Of a stretch of DNA of 64,000 bases, positions 12,421 to 25,587 are shown piece after piece. Source of the DNA: Octopus vulgaris (Eukaryota). How positions within the stretch are numbered: position 1 is the first letter of the stretch; the number at the start of each line of letters is the position of its first letter. The DNA lies in the NCBI GenBank assembly GCA_951406725.2, contig OX597826.1, forward strand, positions 53,568,001 through 53,632,000, written 5' to 3'. Below the pieces are notes generated by a model, which was given only the letters and a program-made list of their open reading frames with translations, ran no database searches and was not told the origin of the DNA. The position numbers were made by a program, and so were the translations under genes.

Positions 12421-12889
12421 AGCTAAAAACTGAATGCCAACCACACTAATTCTATCAGATGTTATCTTGTTATCCCTGTATTTAAATCTAGGAGGGCCAG
12501 AGAAATAAAAAAGTTATGATTACTGCTTCATTTCCTTAGATTAACACAAAAAGTAAAAAAAAAAAATATTAAAAAGAAAAATGAATAGAGATGTAACATG
12601 AAGAAAACTGATGTGGATTAATAGTAAACGATAAAAACTGTTTGATAAGCTGATGTATGCATGATTGAAATATTGTCTGACATCAACATATATAATCATT
12701 TCAACTTGTACTCATTAACCTCCGTTCATATTGGCAGCAGAAATTACAGTCATACGACACTGTGTCAATATTTACTCAGATATCATTCAGCCAGTTATTC
12801 AGAACCTGTCTGAATAGGATAAGTTCACTGAGTGTTAACTGGTTAGTTACATGAAGATATTAGCATTTTGTCAATATTACCATATTGAT

Positions 12890-13240
<351 letters not shown>

Positions 13241-14511
13241 TATCAGAATATAATGCAAACATCTTCCTCATACTTAGAGCAGGTTGTAGGATCTGCACAT
13301 TACTAAGAGGAAAACAAAAAGGAAGAAAAAGATCAAAAGGTGGAGGGGAAAAAAATAGGAAAAATAGGCGGGGGTGGGGAATAAAGGAGAAAGAATTAAA
13401 TCTTTTTCACGAGCCATTAAGAAATTTGCTTGAGTTTTCTTCTGAGACATTCGATTAGTGTGGAATGGTACCAACTGTGTACTGGCAATGTTTTGTTTCC
13501 AATCATTAGTTCTGCAAGTACTGCAAGAAAACAAAATTTATCCCAGGAAGACGTGTTTCTCAATACTTGCAGATAAATTTAGATATTTATTGTCAGTTGT
13601 ATTTTTCTTTCCATCTTTTATTGAGTTTGGTGTTTGCAAAAGAGTGTAACAAATAAATCAATAACAAAACAAAAAAGAAGAAAGTAAAAGGAAAAAAAAA
13701 AGAGATCAATGGTGGTAGTACTAATGGTAGTGTTGGTGGTGAAGAGTGGGATGTAAATAATTGCAATGACACTCTAATTCAATTGATCAAATTAAGTTTC
13801 CTGATAATAAAAATTGCTATTTATTTCTATCATAGATGCTAATTTATCTTCTTGATAGTGAATGCAGGATGTCAGCATAGCAACATTAGTAAAGTAGCAG
13901 TGTCGTTGTTGTTACAGTTGTTGTTCCTGTTGGCAGCAAATAGTTTCCAAATAAATTCTCACCCTTCCTTGTTCTATCACATTGTATGTTTACATATAAA
14001 GATAAAAATTCTCAGGATGTAGTATATATATTTCAGCATAGAAATACATGTAGAGGTGAAGTAGTTGTGTAGGTAAGGTACTGGATTACATGCAAATTAA
14101 TGTGTCATGAGTTCAAATCTGTAGCTAGAGTTTTCTGTATTTCTAAGCAGAAGAGTTTATTTTTAACAGCTTGGTTGGTGAATTGTGAGGAATAGATTGT
14201 GGAAATGACAATACACCAATTCTGAGATGTGAGAATACAATCCATAATCTTGGTCTATTTCCAGCCATTATACACCATATTAGAACATGGTGTATAATGG
14301 CTGGAATTCAACAACTAATTTCACACTAGCACATTAACTGCCACACATACCACTGGTCCATCCTAAACTTCACACAACTGCTATATGCCTCACTAGGGGT
14401 ATATTTTCATAATTTGAGAAAAGATTTAATTCTGTATTTTTGGTATTATTTTGAGGATATTTGAATAACATGAGTGCTAAATATTAAAGTTTAATTATGA
14501 AATATTGTAAA

Positions 14512-15140
14512 AATCCTTTCTACTATAGTTGGAGTGGCTGTGTGGTAAGTAGCTTGCTTACCAGCCACATGGTTCTAGGTTCAGTCCCACTGCGTGGCAC
14601 CTTGAGAAGTGTCTTCTACTATAGCCTTGGGCTAACCAAAGCCTTGTGAGTGGATTTGGTAGGCGAAATCTGAAAGAAGCCCGTTGTATGTATATAAAAA
14701 TATATATATATATGTATGTGTGTGTGTATATGTTTGTGTGTCTGTGTTTGTTCCCCCAACATTACTTGACAACCGATGCTGGTGTGTTTACGTCCCCATA
14801 ACTTAGCAGTTCGACAAAAGAGACCGATAGAATAAGTACTAGGCTTACAAAGAATAAGTCCTGGGGGTCGATGTGCTTGACTAAAGGCGGTGCTCTAGCA
14901 TGGCCACAGTCAAATGACTGAAACAAGTAAAAGAGTATAGGCACAAGGCCTGAAATGTTGTGGGAAGGAGACTAGTCCAGTACATTGATCCCAGTGATTA
15001 ACTGGTACTTGTTTCATTGACTCCAAATGGATGAAAGGCAATGTAGACCTTGGCAGAATCCGAACTCAGAATGTGTAACAATGGACAAAATACCACTAAG
15101 CATTTTTCCCAGTATGCAAATGATTCTGTCAGCTTGCCGA
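14512..15140 (-). mobile_element. SINE-B (tail 2) interrupted by a SINE-A
   Basis: Tail aatcctttctactatag|...|gcacaaggcctgaaa is split by the SINE-A. Confidence 0.75.
14531..14936 (+). mobile_element. SINE-A
   Basis: Near full-length match. Confidence 0.9.
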
Positions 15141-15245
15141 CTCCCATATGCATCACTAATGGGATGCTTCCACAATTTGAGAAAACATTTTATTCTGTAT
15201 TTTTGGTATTATTTCAAGGATATTTAAATAACATGAGTGCTAAAT

Positions 15246-15538
15246 TGTTGTTTGTTCCTTCTCGAGTCACGCCTGGCTCATAGGGCCAGTTTCCTTGGCG
15301 TATAGGTTCCCCACCTGGACGGGATGCCGGTCCGTCGCAGGTGAGCTGCAAGATACAGGAGCAAAGAGTGAGAGAAAGTTGTGGTGAAAGAGTCAGCAGA
15401 AGTTCACCATTACCTTCTGCCGGAGCTGTGTGGAGCTTAGGTGTTTCGCTCATAAACACATCGCCCGGTCTGAGATTTGAACCCGCGATCCCCCAACTGC
15501 AAGTTCTCTGCTCTAACCACTAGGCCATGTGCCTCCAC
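15246..15538 (-). mobile_element. SINE-C2
   Basis: Matches 5238-5541. Imperfect TSD tgagtgctaaat / tgaacgctaaat. Confidence 0.88.
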
Positions 15539-15869
15539 TGAACGCTAAATATTAAAGTTTGATTATAAAATATTGTAACAATGCAAAACAAAATTACACT
15601 TTCTTGTATTTAAACAGTATGCAGTGTAACTGTGTGAGATACGTGGTAAGGTCCAGTAACAGGCTGCGGTGGTAAACAAGTTAAAATCATTCATTCACAG
15701 GCATCTTCCAGCAGATGGATACTTTCCCAGGCAACAAAGGAATTTCACAGCATATTTTGCAACAGAAATTTCCAGAATCCTATAACATGTTTTATACTTG
15801 ATTTTCTACCATATATTTGTAAAAGTGACTCTTTATTATCATTATCATCATCTTCATCATCATCATTGA

Positions 15870-16123
15870 CCACTGCACATTACTGTCTTGAGTTCCAGAT
15901 TACCTAGTTTCCAGGGTGTACAAAGTGACCAAGATCACAACATTCTCCTGGAACAGGACACCTGTCCATTGATATGATATTCATTTACATTTGAATGAGC
16001 TGGAGTAACATGGAATAAAGTGTTTTGTTCAAGAATACTATGTGCTACCTGGTCCAGGAATTGAAACCATGACATTGTGATTCTTGAGTACAACACCCTA
16101 ACCACTGGGCCATGTGCCTTCAT
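15870..16123 (-). mobile_element. SINE-E head with a different tail, diverged
   Basis: Head gaaggcacatggcccagtggttaggg...ttcttgaacaaaacac resembles 30635. Confidence 0.6.
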
Positions 16124-16239
16124 TCTTTAAAATACCCAAAATAAAATTTTAAAAAGTAAATAAATTATATACTTGCTTTAAGGTAAATTACACAATACAT
16201 CTTCTAGAAGCGCTCAATTGTTTGAAATATTAAATTTAA

Positions 16240-16270
<31 letters not shown>

Positions 16271-16967
16271 TTAAATATTCCAGGTTTGCCAATATTAACT
16301 ATTATACTGGGTTTTGTTCATGTATCTAGACAATGTGTTGCATAATCAATACCAGAATACATAATGGGTTTTGTATGGGCACTTAACACAAAAGACTAAA
16401 TTAAAATGAATACGTTAAGAAATGATATTTAAATGGATATTTATATTAAAATATCATAAGACCTTATGTTGAATTTACATGAGATAATCAGAATAACAAT
16501 TTTATATTGATTAACTAAATAATAGAAGAAGGATATTATTGAATATGTTGCAGTATTAAAACAAAAGAGTTATTTAACATTGTTTAGGAGAACAGATAAT
16601 TATATTTGAGATCAATTTACACTCAGATAAAATGTTTATTTAACAAACTAATTACTAGTTTTAATAATCATTTTTCTAATTGCAAAACTAAATGATAAAC
16701 AGCTTTAATCAATGAAACAGGCTGTTGTTATGACTTACTGAAAAGTAGAAAGGTAGTACCATGGATCTTTTACAAGACAGTATAATTTTCTCTCTTTCTC
16801 CTACTAACCTTGGATACCTTTAATTCCTTATACAAGACTGGAACCCTGGTTTGAACGCTTGCAATGGAACAGATTTTGATAAAGCCACCCAAAGCCTAGG
16901 TGGTGGTGTTAAATCAAGTAAAGATTAAGTTTATCTCTCAAATGATATACCATTAGTAATTTTCCTT

Positions 16968-17339
16968 GACACAGGCATTGCTGTGTGGTAAGTAGTTTGT
17001 GTCCCAACCACATAGCTCTGGGTTCAGTCCCATTGCATGGCACCTTGGACATGAGTCCCCTACTATATAACTCAAGCTAACCAAAGCCTTGTGAATGGAT
17101 TTGGTAGATGGAAACTGAAAGAAGTCCATCATATGTGTGTGTGTGAGTGTGTTTGTGTTGTGCTTGTCCCCCAACACCACTTGGCAACTGGTATTGGTTT
17201 GTTGAGATTTCTGGAAAAAGAAACTGACAGAGTAAGTACCAGACTTAGAAAATAAGTACTGGGGTTGACCTGCTCAACTAAACCCTTAAAAACAGTACAC
17301 TAGCATGGCTGCAGTCCAATGACTGAAACAATTAAAAGG
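16968..17339 (+). mobile_element. SINE-A, diverged
   Basis: Collinear with SINE-A. Confidence 0.8.
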
Positions 17340-17551
17340 TAGAATATAGTTAAGTATAACGTACATACAGGCAGCCTTTGGGTCAATCATGTGTACAATT
17401 GTAATAATTTTACTCTAGTTAAGGTAACCACTTGATTTTAAACAACCTCATATTTTACAGTGTAAATGCTTCTAATTCCTCTCAGTAGTCTTATTTCTTA
17501 GTATTCTTTATTCTCCACAGATTAAGCTTGTGAAAATAAGAAAACCAAAAA

Positions 17552-17695
17552 TGGCGTTAGGAAGGGCATCCAGCCGTAGAAACATTGCCAGATCAGACTG
17601 GGCCTAGTGCAGCCTTCTGGCTTCCCAGACCCCAGTTGCACCGTCCAACCCATGCCAGCATGGAAAGCGGATGCTAAACAATGATGATGATGATA
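17552..17695 (+). mobile_element. SINE-D 3' module with (GAT)n tail
   Basis: ggaagggcatccagccgtagaaac...ccaacccatgccagcatggaaagcggatg...(gat)n. Recurs at ~9523, 32785, 39420, 40820, 54060, 57110 and 57851. Confidence 0.8.
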
Positions 17696-17799
17696 GTTTA
17701 AAGCCCGATTTTATTTTCATTAATTTGACCTGAAGGAAGAGGTGTCCATGGCTTGGAGGAAGAGGTTTTACCTATGGCTTCCACAGGCACTTTGTTACT

Positions 17800-18200
17800 G
17801 GTGGGATAAACACAGCTAACATTCCTCTGGAAGAGGTGAAAGTTGGTGGCTGTAGAAAAAAGGAAAAACTGGCCTGAAGGGAATTCCACAGGAAAGACAT
17901 CTGAGGAGGAAAGGTTTGGTGTAGCATTTAGTATGGAATTTAGAGTGGTGAACACAATATGAGTGATGAGAGGAGGAGAGATGAGTTGGCAGTGGGTGTC
18001 TGAATGGCTGTGGTATGAGGTTAGCAGATGTGAGGAGCAGAGGCTATTATAGAAGCAAGAGAAAAGTAGTGAAGACACAACACAACTGTGAATTAGGGAC
18101 TGGTGTGTTAGCAAGAATGAAGTCCTGGTTGTCTGCATATATATGTCATAGTAGCATATTTCCAGATATTGGAGGAATACTTTAATGTAACAATCCAAGT
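17800..18200 (-). mobile_element. Highly decayed LINE 3' end (CR1/Jockey-group-like)
   Basis: Segments HSCVVSSLLFSCFYNSLCSS and TNFHLFQRNV resemble ORF2 C-terminal motifs HRRxVASLxLFYRYY..CSS and NLxxFKRxV. Confidence 0.4.
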
Positions 18201-18295
18201 ATTTTCTGAACCCCCAAAGAGGTCAGGATGGAACACTGCATAACAACCAAGATAAAACAATATTTAACACAAAAATGATAAAGTCTTATACTTAC

Positions 18296-18370
18296 ATTTG
18301 GTATGTCTTTTTCAGAAATTGGTTCTTTTCCCTTAAGGGCCACTCCAAATGTACTATGTTCATTTTCATT
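18296..18370 (-). CDS. PDE2A: PDE2A-like exon: NENEHSTFGVALKGKEPISEKDIPN, 75 nt
   Basis: Acceptor tgtgtttggtatttcag, donor gtaagt, phase 0-0. Positional and weak sequence match to [22 protein letters not shown]. Lies inside ORF 18182..18388. Confidence 0.8.
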
Positions 18371-18791
18371 CTGAAATACCAAACACATAAGTAGTGATAA
18401 CTAGTTTTACCTTCAAAAATATTATATCATATCAGAAGGTGTGACATGTCTTATAGTAAAACAGGCTGGAAATATTGATGTTTTCTTGATTATGACCTTA
18501 AAGCCAGCAAAATATTTAAGCAGTCTTTCACCCTTGAAGAGTTCATTCTTCTAGCAACAAACTTCATTTTATAATATAAGTCATATATTGAACCGTTTTT
18601 GGTTGCAAGGTCCGGAAAACACCAACTAGGTACTGTGTAACTTTGCTAAGGCAGACAAGAATTCTTTGTTACAAATGCAACTGTTATCATAATCAACACA
18701 AATATTGCTTCGTTGCTGTTGCCCAAAGTTATTGCCATTGTCACAATCCTCATCACAGTCATCATCATCTTGTGTGTATGAAAAAAAAAAT

Positions 18792-18868
18792 GTTATTACT
18801 ATGGGAGTAACATCCAGATATATAAAAAAAAAGTTATTACTATGGGAGTAACATCCAGATATATAAAA
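18792..18868. repeat. 41-bp tandem duplication
   Basis: gttattactatgggagtaacatccagatatataaaa occurs twice. Confidence 0.9.
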
Positions 18869-20162
18869 ATCAACTTTTCATTTCAATTTGCAGACAAAAT
18901 ACTTGTAGAACTGGTCTTCGTTATTCCATTTTTATTCATGTTAAGAAAAGACATTTTTTTTTTAGAATTTTTTATTTTTAAACTTGGATGAATGGTTAGA
19001 ATGCTGAAACATCTCTATACATAAACTATTGGTTCACTTTGTATCAAAGCAGCAGCTGTAGCAGCAACAACAGCTAGTATTGAGTCACTGAGTTAATCTC
19101 AGTAATAAAGAATACTTCTGGAAGATAAATGGACAACTTCTCTTGCGTAACTGCTGTTCAGAATGACATCCACCTGTATAATAAATTTCCTCAAAGAATA
19201 CAGGAAAAAAAAAATAACAAAAAACATCTGAATCATGAAAAAATCTGTTATTAAAATGTCAAAAACAAAAAAAAGAACCCAAAGCAAAAACTTTTCCTGT
19301 TTCTGTTTTATGTATTGAGAAAGAAAGAAGCAAAAGTAGAAAGATTAGGTGAATAGTTTTACTGCTGGAGAGTAACCAAAGAGATAGGGGTTGGTTAAGA
19401 ATCTAGTGGTAACCCCATAAACACAACATATTAAATATGATCTGGTATTTGACTATTCTTCTTAGAATATTACTGGTGGTTGTTGGTTGTGGAGAAATTA
19501 ATTTGATTTTGGTAGGATTTGAACAGTGTACAGCAATAATCTTCTGTTCAATTTATCACCGAAATAATATCACTCCAGCATTTCGTGACCTATTAACCTG
19601 CCTTTAAATGTATTGATTGATTTTGTTGAAGTATTACACTTTAATTTTTATTTTACAATTTAATCTTCATTTTGGTTCAGATTGAACGTTCTCCTGCTTT
19701 AAATATTAGTAATTAAAGCATGTTATCTGGATAATTAAGTATGATTTATTTACAGATTTGGTTGCTTTTACATTGTTCCAAGTTTGACATTAATGGTTTA
19801 AGATATTTAGTTAATTTAAATTTGTATGAACTCTTTGTGTTGTAGTATTAAAAGATGAAGAGACCCAAATTTAAATATTAAACTTAATAAACAAACAGTT
19901 GAACCATGCTTTCTACTTCATCGAGACAGAACTAGTTATTCCTTTGAATATATGCATTAAAGAAAATGATAAGAATGTGACATAATCAGTGAGGAAAAAA
20001 GCCTAATGGGTGAGTTACTTGGATCAGCACAATTGAAGATAAGAAGCAAGTGCAAAATGAGCAAAGTGAAATAAAAGAATATTTTAAAAATAAGAGCAGT
20101 AGAAAAGCAGACTAAAGAAGAATTCAGTGTGGTGGCTGTCAGTGAATATTTGTGTATGATAA

Positions 20163-20168
20163 AAAGAG

Positions 20169-20243
<75 letters not shown>
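20163..20243. repeat. (GA)n microsatellite
   Basis: Seen directly; similar tracts at 31447-31512 and 45750-45831. Confidence 0.95.
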
Positions 20244-20245
<2 letters not shown>

Positions 20246-21174
20246 TGATAGCAAGCTTATTAGAAACATTGCTAAGATAGTAGAGATAGTAAAGAAATAG
20301 TAGAAGTTGGAAACAAAAAAACTTTCCAATTTTAAAAAAAGGAACAGATGAAATAAAGTTCATATTTTAGCACATGTGATCCCTCGAATAGTCACAGCTA
20401 TTACAAGGGAGATAATCATCTCATCGTAATATGAAATGTGATTAGAAATTTGAAATTGAAATTAAGGAGTTATAAAGAAAAATATGTAAAGAATTCATAA
20501 TTACAAAAAAATTTTTTTTTTTTGCTTAGTTTTAGTTTACTAAATATGAAGCTTTTAAAATTTTTTAGTCTTTGACAATCACATTTCTATACTAGCAAAG
20601 AAAACATCATTTAAAAATCAATCATTCCAAACCAAACCTCTACTTTCACTTAGTATCAGTGACATTTGTCTATAAATGGGTTTTAAAGCCAGATAAAAAC
20701 AAAGCAGAAACTCAAAGCTTATGTCAGTTGTTTGTGTTTTAGGGACCTACTGACTATAGTTAACATGCTTGTAATTAAGGTGTTAAACTACTGAGCAAAA
20801 AAGACCAACAATTCAAAACCAGTCCACATACTCAAAAATGACTCAATGACTCAGTAAATGATCAAACCAAGAAAAAAAGAAGGTTAAAAACTAGGAAAAT
20901 AGAATATTAATGCCATATTAAGGTTGAATATTTATAGTTTAAGAATGGATGGCAACCAACTGAAGAAAGAGACACACCAACAATTTATGCAAATTTCTGT
21001 TTGAAGACTGATCCAGGCCTATGGAAAAAGTATGTCTATGATATACAGTTGTAAGAGATAATGATCTAATTATTAATGTTATTTTATACTTAAAGTTGTT
21101 ATTTTCCTTATGTTTTAATGTTAAATCATCTCATACAATCACATAGATAAGAATCAACAGGGGAGCTTCTACAT

Positions 21175-21523
21175 TAGTGGTTCTCAACCAGGGTCTATAT
21201 GGCCCCTGAGGGTCTATATAGGATTTTGGGGGTTCACAAACTGAATAGTAAATTAGGGATCCACAATAGTATTTTATGGGTCACTGAAAAAATTTTGCTT
21301 TAGATGTATGTATTAGTGTGTATTGTAAAAAACAACCAGATTTTTTTCTCTCACATTTTTTTATAGTTCAACCTACAGAAGTCAATGTGTGAAAAACAAA
21401 ATAGTAATTTTCAAAGAAGTTTCTGTAAAACTAGTATTTAAACATTGAAAGGTTATTGGGGTCCGCCAAAAATAAAATAGCAATCAAAGTGGTCCATAGG
21501 TAAAAAATGGTTGAGAACCCCTG
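21175..21523. mobile_element. hAT (Charlie-like) MITE
   Basis: TIRs tagtggttctcaacc / ggttgagaacccctg. 8-bp TSD ttctacat / ctctatat. Confidence 0.8.
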
Positions 21524-21885
21524 CTCTATATGGTCATTCAGTTTGCTAGATATAGCAGTCAAAGCACCTTATTTTCTCAGAAACAGACATGTACTTATAC
21601 CATTGATAGACAGATGACTGTCTGTCACTGAATATTTTTCTTTTACAAGTTAGTTCGCTTTGCCAGAGTGCTTTCATTGCCATTTGGGACCTCTTCAATG
21701 ACAAGCACTTGTTTCAACACACAATTTCACATCAAGAATCTTGCAAACCAAATACATAAACAATTATTATAATTTATGAATGTTAATTACTAATTCCATC
21801 ATTATAGTCTCTGGTAAAAATAAAAAAAATAAAATCCCAATCTGTCATGGTCTATCCGGCAGAAATAAATTAATTTTATGTTCAT

Positions 21886-22276
21886 ATGTGAGGAGTGGCT
21901 GTGAGTAAAAAGGTTTGCTTCCCAATCACATGGTTCTGGGTTCAGTCTCACTGCATGGTGCATTGGACAAGCGTCTTCCATTATATACTCAGGTCAACCA
22001 AAGCCTTGTGAATGGGTTTGGTAGACAGAAACAGAAAGAAACCCATTGTGTATATGTGTGTTTGTTTGTCTCCTATCACTATTTGACAACTGGTGTTGGT
22101 GTGTTTATGTCCCCATAACCTAGGTATTTGGGAAAAAAGAATGAGAGAATAAGTACCACGCTTATAAAAAAAATAAGCACTGAGGTTGATATATTCAACT
22201 AAGATTCTTCAAGGTGGTGCCCTAGCATGGCCACAGTCTAGTGACTGAAACAAGTAAAAAATAAAAAAATAAAAGA
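21886..22276 (+). mobile_element. SINE-A, diverged
   Basis: Collinear with SINE-A. Confidence 0.8.
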
Positions 22277-22348
22277 TGTGCACTTTTATAGCATATAATT
22301 ATATTATCACTTAACCATGATCAAGACATGGACTTATGTTCACATCTC

Positions 22349-22763
22349 ATTTCTTTATTGCCCACAAGGGGCTAAACATAGAGGGGACAAACAAGGACAG
22401 ACAAACGGATTAAGTCGATTACATTGACCCCAGTGCATAACTGGTACTTAATTTATCGACCCCGAAAGGATGAAAGGCAAAGTCGACCTCGGCGGAATTT
22501 GAACTCAGAATGTAACGGCAGATGAAATACCTATTTCTTTACAACTCACAAGGGGCTAAATACAGAGGGGACAAACAAGGACAGACAAAGGGATTAAGTC
22601 GATTACATCGACCTCAGTGCGTAACTGGTACTTAATTTATCGACCCTGAAAGGATGAAAGCCAAAGTCGACCTCAACGGAATTTGATCTCAGAATGTAAC
22701 GGCAGATGAAATACCGTTAAATACTTCACCCGGCATGCTAACGTTTCTGCCAGCTCGCCGCCT
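22349..22763 (-). mobile_element. SINE-B dimer: one head plus two body units
   Basis: Junction gaaatacctatttcttt at ~22524-22540. TSD gacttatRttcacatct on both sides. Confidence 0.92.
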
Positions 22764-24472
22764 TGACTTATATTCACATCTGAGACTGTCTTTAACTTAT
22801 CAGCACTTACAGTTTGAAATTTATTCCATATAATAAACAAAATAAATAAATGAAAATAAAGAAAGTCAACTTTTCAGTTATCAAGAAAGAAGAACTAGAA
22901 TTGCCATAGTAGCAGCCATTGATATGGTTCCTGGAAAAAAATATTTAATTTAATACTTCGTTTCTTAATGCAGATGAAGGATACTGAATTAACAAAAGTT
23001 CAAAAGCTAACCAACAATATGGGGAAAAGACACTAGACTGTTTGTGCCCTTGATTAACCAATAGCAGAGCTGGATATTCCTGTATATGTAAAAACAATAT
23101 ATTCCTATGTTGCTACGCACATGACAAAGAAATAAGTTAATATGGTACAGATGTGACAAAGAAATATGCCAAAAATTGAAATAAAATGTTTAGCATTAAC
23201 CACAAGCAACAACGTAGGATGAAAAAAAATTTATAAACAACAGCTAATCTATACCATAAAACTTATCCACTGCTATTTTGCTTCTATTCTTGGAGCAAGA
23301 TATTTTTACAATTCTTGATTATTAATAAAAAAGAAGGCAATAAAATTTATGCTAGGTTTTATGACAACACTTTCTGCAACTTGCTCAATGTATAATTTAA
23401 GGTACATAGCTATCATAAGGTTTGCCCATTTCCTCGAGGTTACTCTTAAGGTTATCAATTATCACAAGCATTAATGTAAAATCAGGTTATCTAAACTTGC
23501 TGACTGAATTTCATTTTGTGTTCTTTAAAATTTTGATTACAAGAACTCTCACATCAGTGGTTGCACTTACGATTACTACTATTTTACACCAGGTTGTATT
23601 ATCATAAACAAAAAAAAAATGCTGTCTTGGAAATCAATGGCTGGGCTTATATTGGCAAGTTGAATTACATAGATGAAGCCATATTCACAGAATTTAGAGG
23701 GCTTTCATTGGTTGTTTTTGGATATTAAACTATAGCTACATGATAAGTTGTACAGCAATATGCATGTATGCATGTATGTGTGTGTGTGTATCGTGTATGG
23801 ATAAAGATGTACAAAAATCATAAATGTAAATAGACAATAAAACTTAAAGCTATAGATATTAAAATATTCTGTATAACTAAAGATATGTAATAAGATAAAG
23901 AATTCCAGGGCATAAGAATTTATAGGTGGCAATTGATTTCTATTTCTAAGATAATAACTGGAGGAAAGATAAATCTCCTTGGATTATCACAAGTAGATTT
24001 TTCCAAGAAAATAATTGAAATCAGTATTGCAAAGCCAATAAACTAAAGTGCTGCTGGTACTTAAAGCCACATACAGCGCTTAGTTAGAACTAGGTAGACT
24101 AAAAAACATGAACCACTAGCCTCTTGGAGTCTTCTGATAAGAACTATCTACTGAGATATCTACACAGGCTAATAAAACAAATGGCTATAGATACACCACA
24201 AGTAATTTAGATTAGGTATACAATAGCTTATAAAATAATACATATAATCAATTATACAGTAGATATACAAAATATATAGCCTTAAATATATTGTAAGTTA
24301 TATAGCTTTAGATACACATCATGATGTATATCCATAGATATGAAATGCACTGCTTATAATAGGCTGTATTATCCATAACTATGCAAAAAGACACACACAC
24401 ACATATATACATATATAGGAGAAATTACAATTGACACAAGTCTGTTCCTACTACATAAGTATTATACATTAA

Positions 24473-24870
24473 TAGGCGCAGGAGTGGCTGTGTGGTAAGT
24501 AGCTTGCTAACCAACCACATGGTTCCGGGCTCAGTCCCACTGCGTAGCATCTTGGGCAAGTGTCTTCTGCTAAAGCTCCGGGCCGACCAATGCCTTGAGT
24601 AGATTTGGTAGACGGAAACTGAAAGAAGCCTGTCGTATATATATGTATATATATATATGTTTGTGTGTCTGTGTTTGTCCCCCTAGCAGTGCTTGACAAC
24701 TGATGCTGGTGTGTTTACGTCCCCATTACTTAGCGGTTTGGCAAAAGAGACCGATAGAATAAGTACTGGGCTTACAAAGAATAAGTCCCGGGGTCGATTT
24801 GCTCGACTAAAGGTGGTGCTCCAGCATGGCCGCAGTCAAATGACAGAAACAAGTAAAAGAGTAAAAGAGT
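24473..24870 (+). mobile_element. SINE-A, full length
   Basis: ggcgcaggagtggctgtgtgg head through gtaaaagagt tail. Confidence 0.92.
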
Positions 24871-24874
24871 AATT

Positions 24875-25310
24875 CATCATCATCATCATCATTGTCGTCA
24901 TCGTTTAACGTCCGTTTTCCTTGCTGGCATGGGTTGGACGGTTTGACTGGGGAGTGGCAAGCCAATAGGCTGCACCAGGCTCCAGTCTGATCTGGCAATG
25001 TTTCTACAGCTGGATGCCCTTCCTAACACCAACCACTTTGAGAGTGTCGTGGGTGCTTTTTATCTGCTATCGGCATGGGAGCCAGTCAGGTGACACTAGT
25101 ATCAGCCATGTTCAGATGGTGCTTTTTACGTGTCATTAGCACAGGAACCAGTTGGGGCAGTAGAGCTGGCATATTGACCACCTTCGGATGGTGCTTCTTA
25201 AATGCTACTGGCATGGGGAGCCAGTCAGATGGCTCTGGCAATGACCTATGCATGAGTGGTGCTTATTGTGTACCACCAGCGCTGGTATCAGTCACAACTA
25301 CAATTTCCAT
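24875..25310 (-). mobile_element. SINE-D with internal ~66-bp GC-rich subrepeats
   Basis: (cat)n tail, D module, then repeated gtgcttttta...ggcaYgggagccagtcag units. Confidence 0.75.
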
Positions 25311-25380
25311 TTGATTTTGATTAGATATATAAGGGCAGTGCACTGCCTGGGAAGTGGACATTAAATGACGATGATGATGA

Positions 25381-25587
25381 TGGCAAAATCGTTAGCATGC
25401 CAGACAAAATGCTTAGCAACATTTCATCTGTCTTTATGTTCTGAGTTCAAATTCCCCAAAGGTTGACTTTGTCTTCCATCATTTCAGGATCAATAGCAAA
25501 AACACCAGTCAAGTACTGGGCGGTCAGTGTAATTGACTCTCCAACCCTTTAATAAAACTGCTGCCTCCAGACCAAAAATTTGGAACT
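25381..25587 (+). mobile_element. SINE-B, diverged
   Basis: Head and body match. Confidence 0.7.

Noticed and set aside
19116-19173. AG...GT segment on the minus strand as a possible PDE2A exon
   Set aside because: 58 nt long, with no phase-compatible reading and no similarity; the expected exon was found at 46215-46256.
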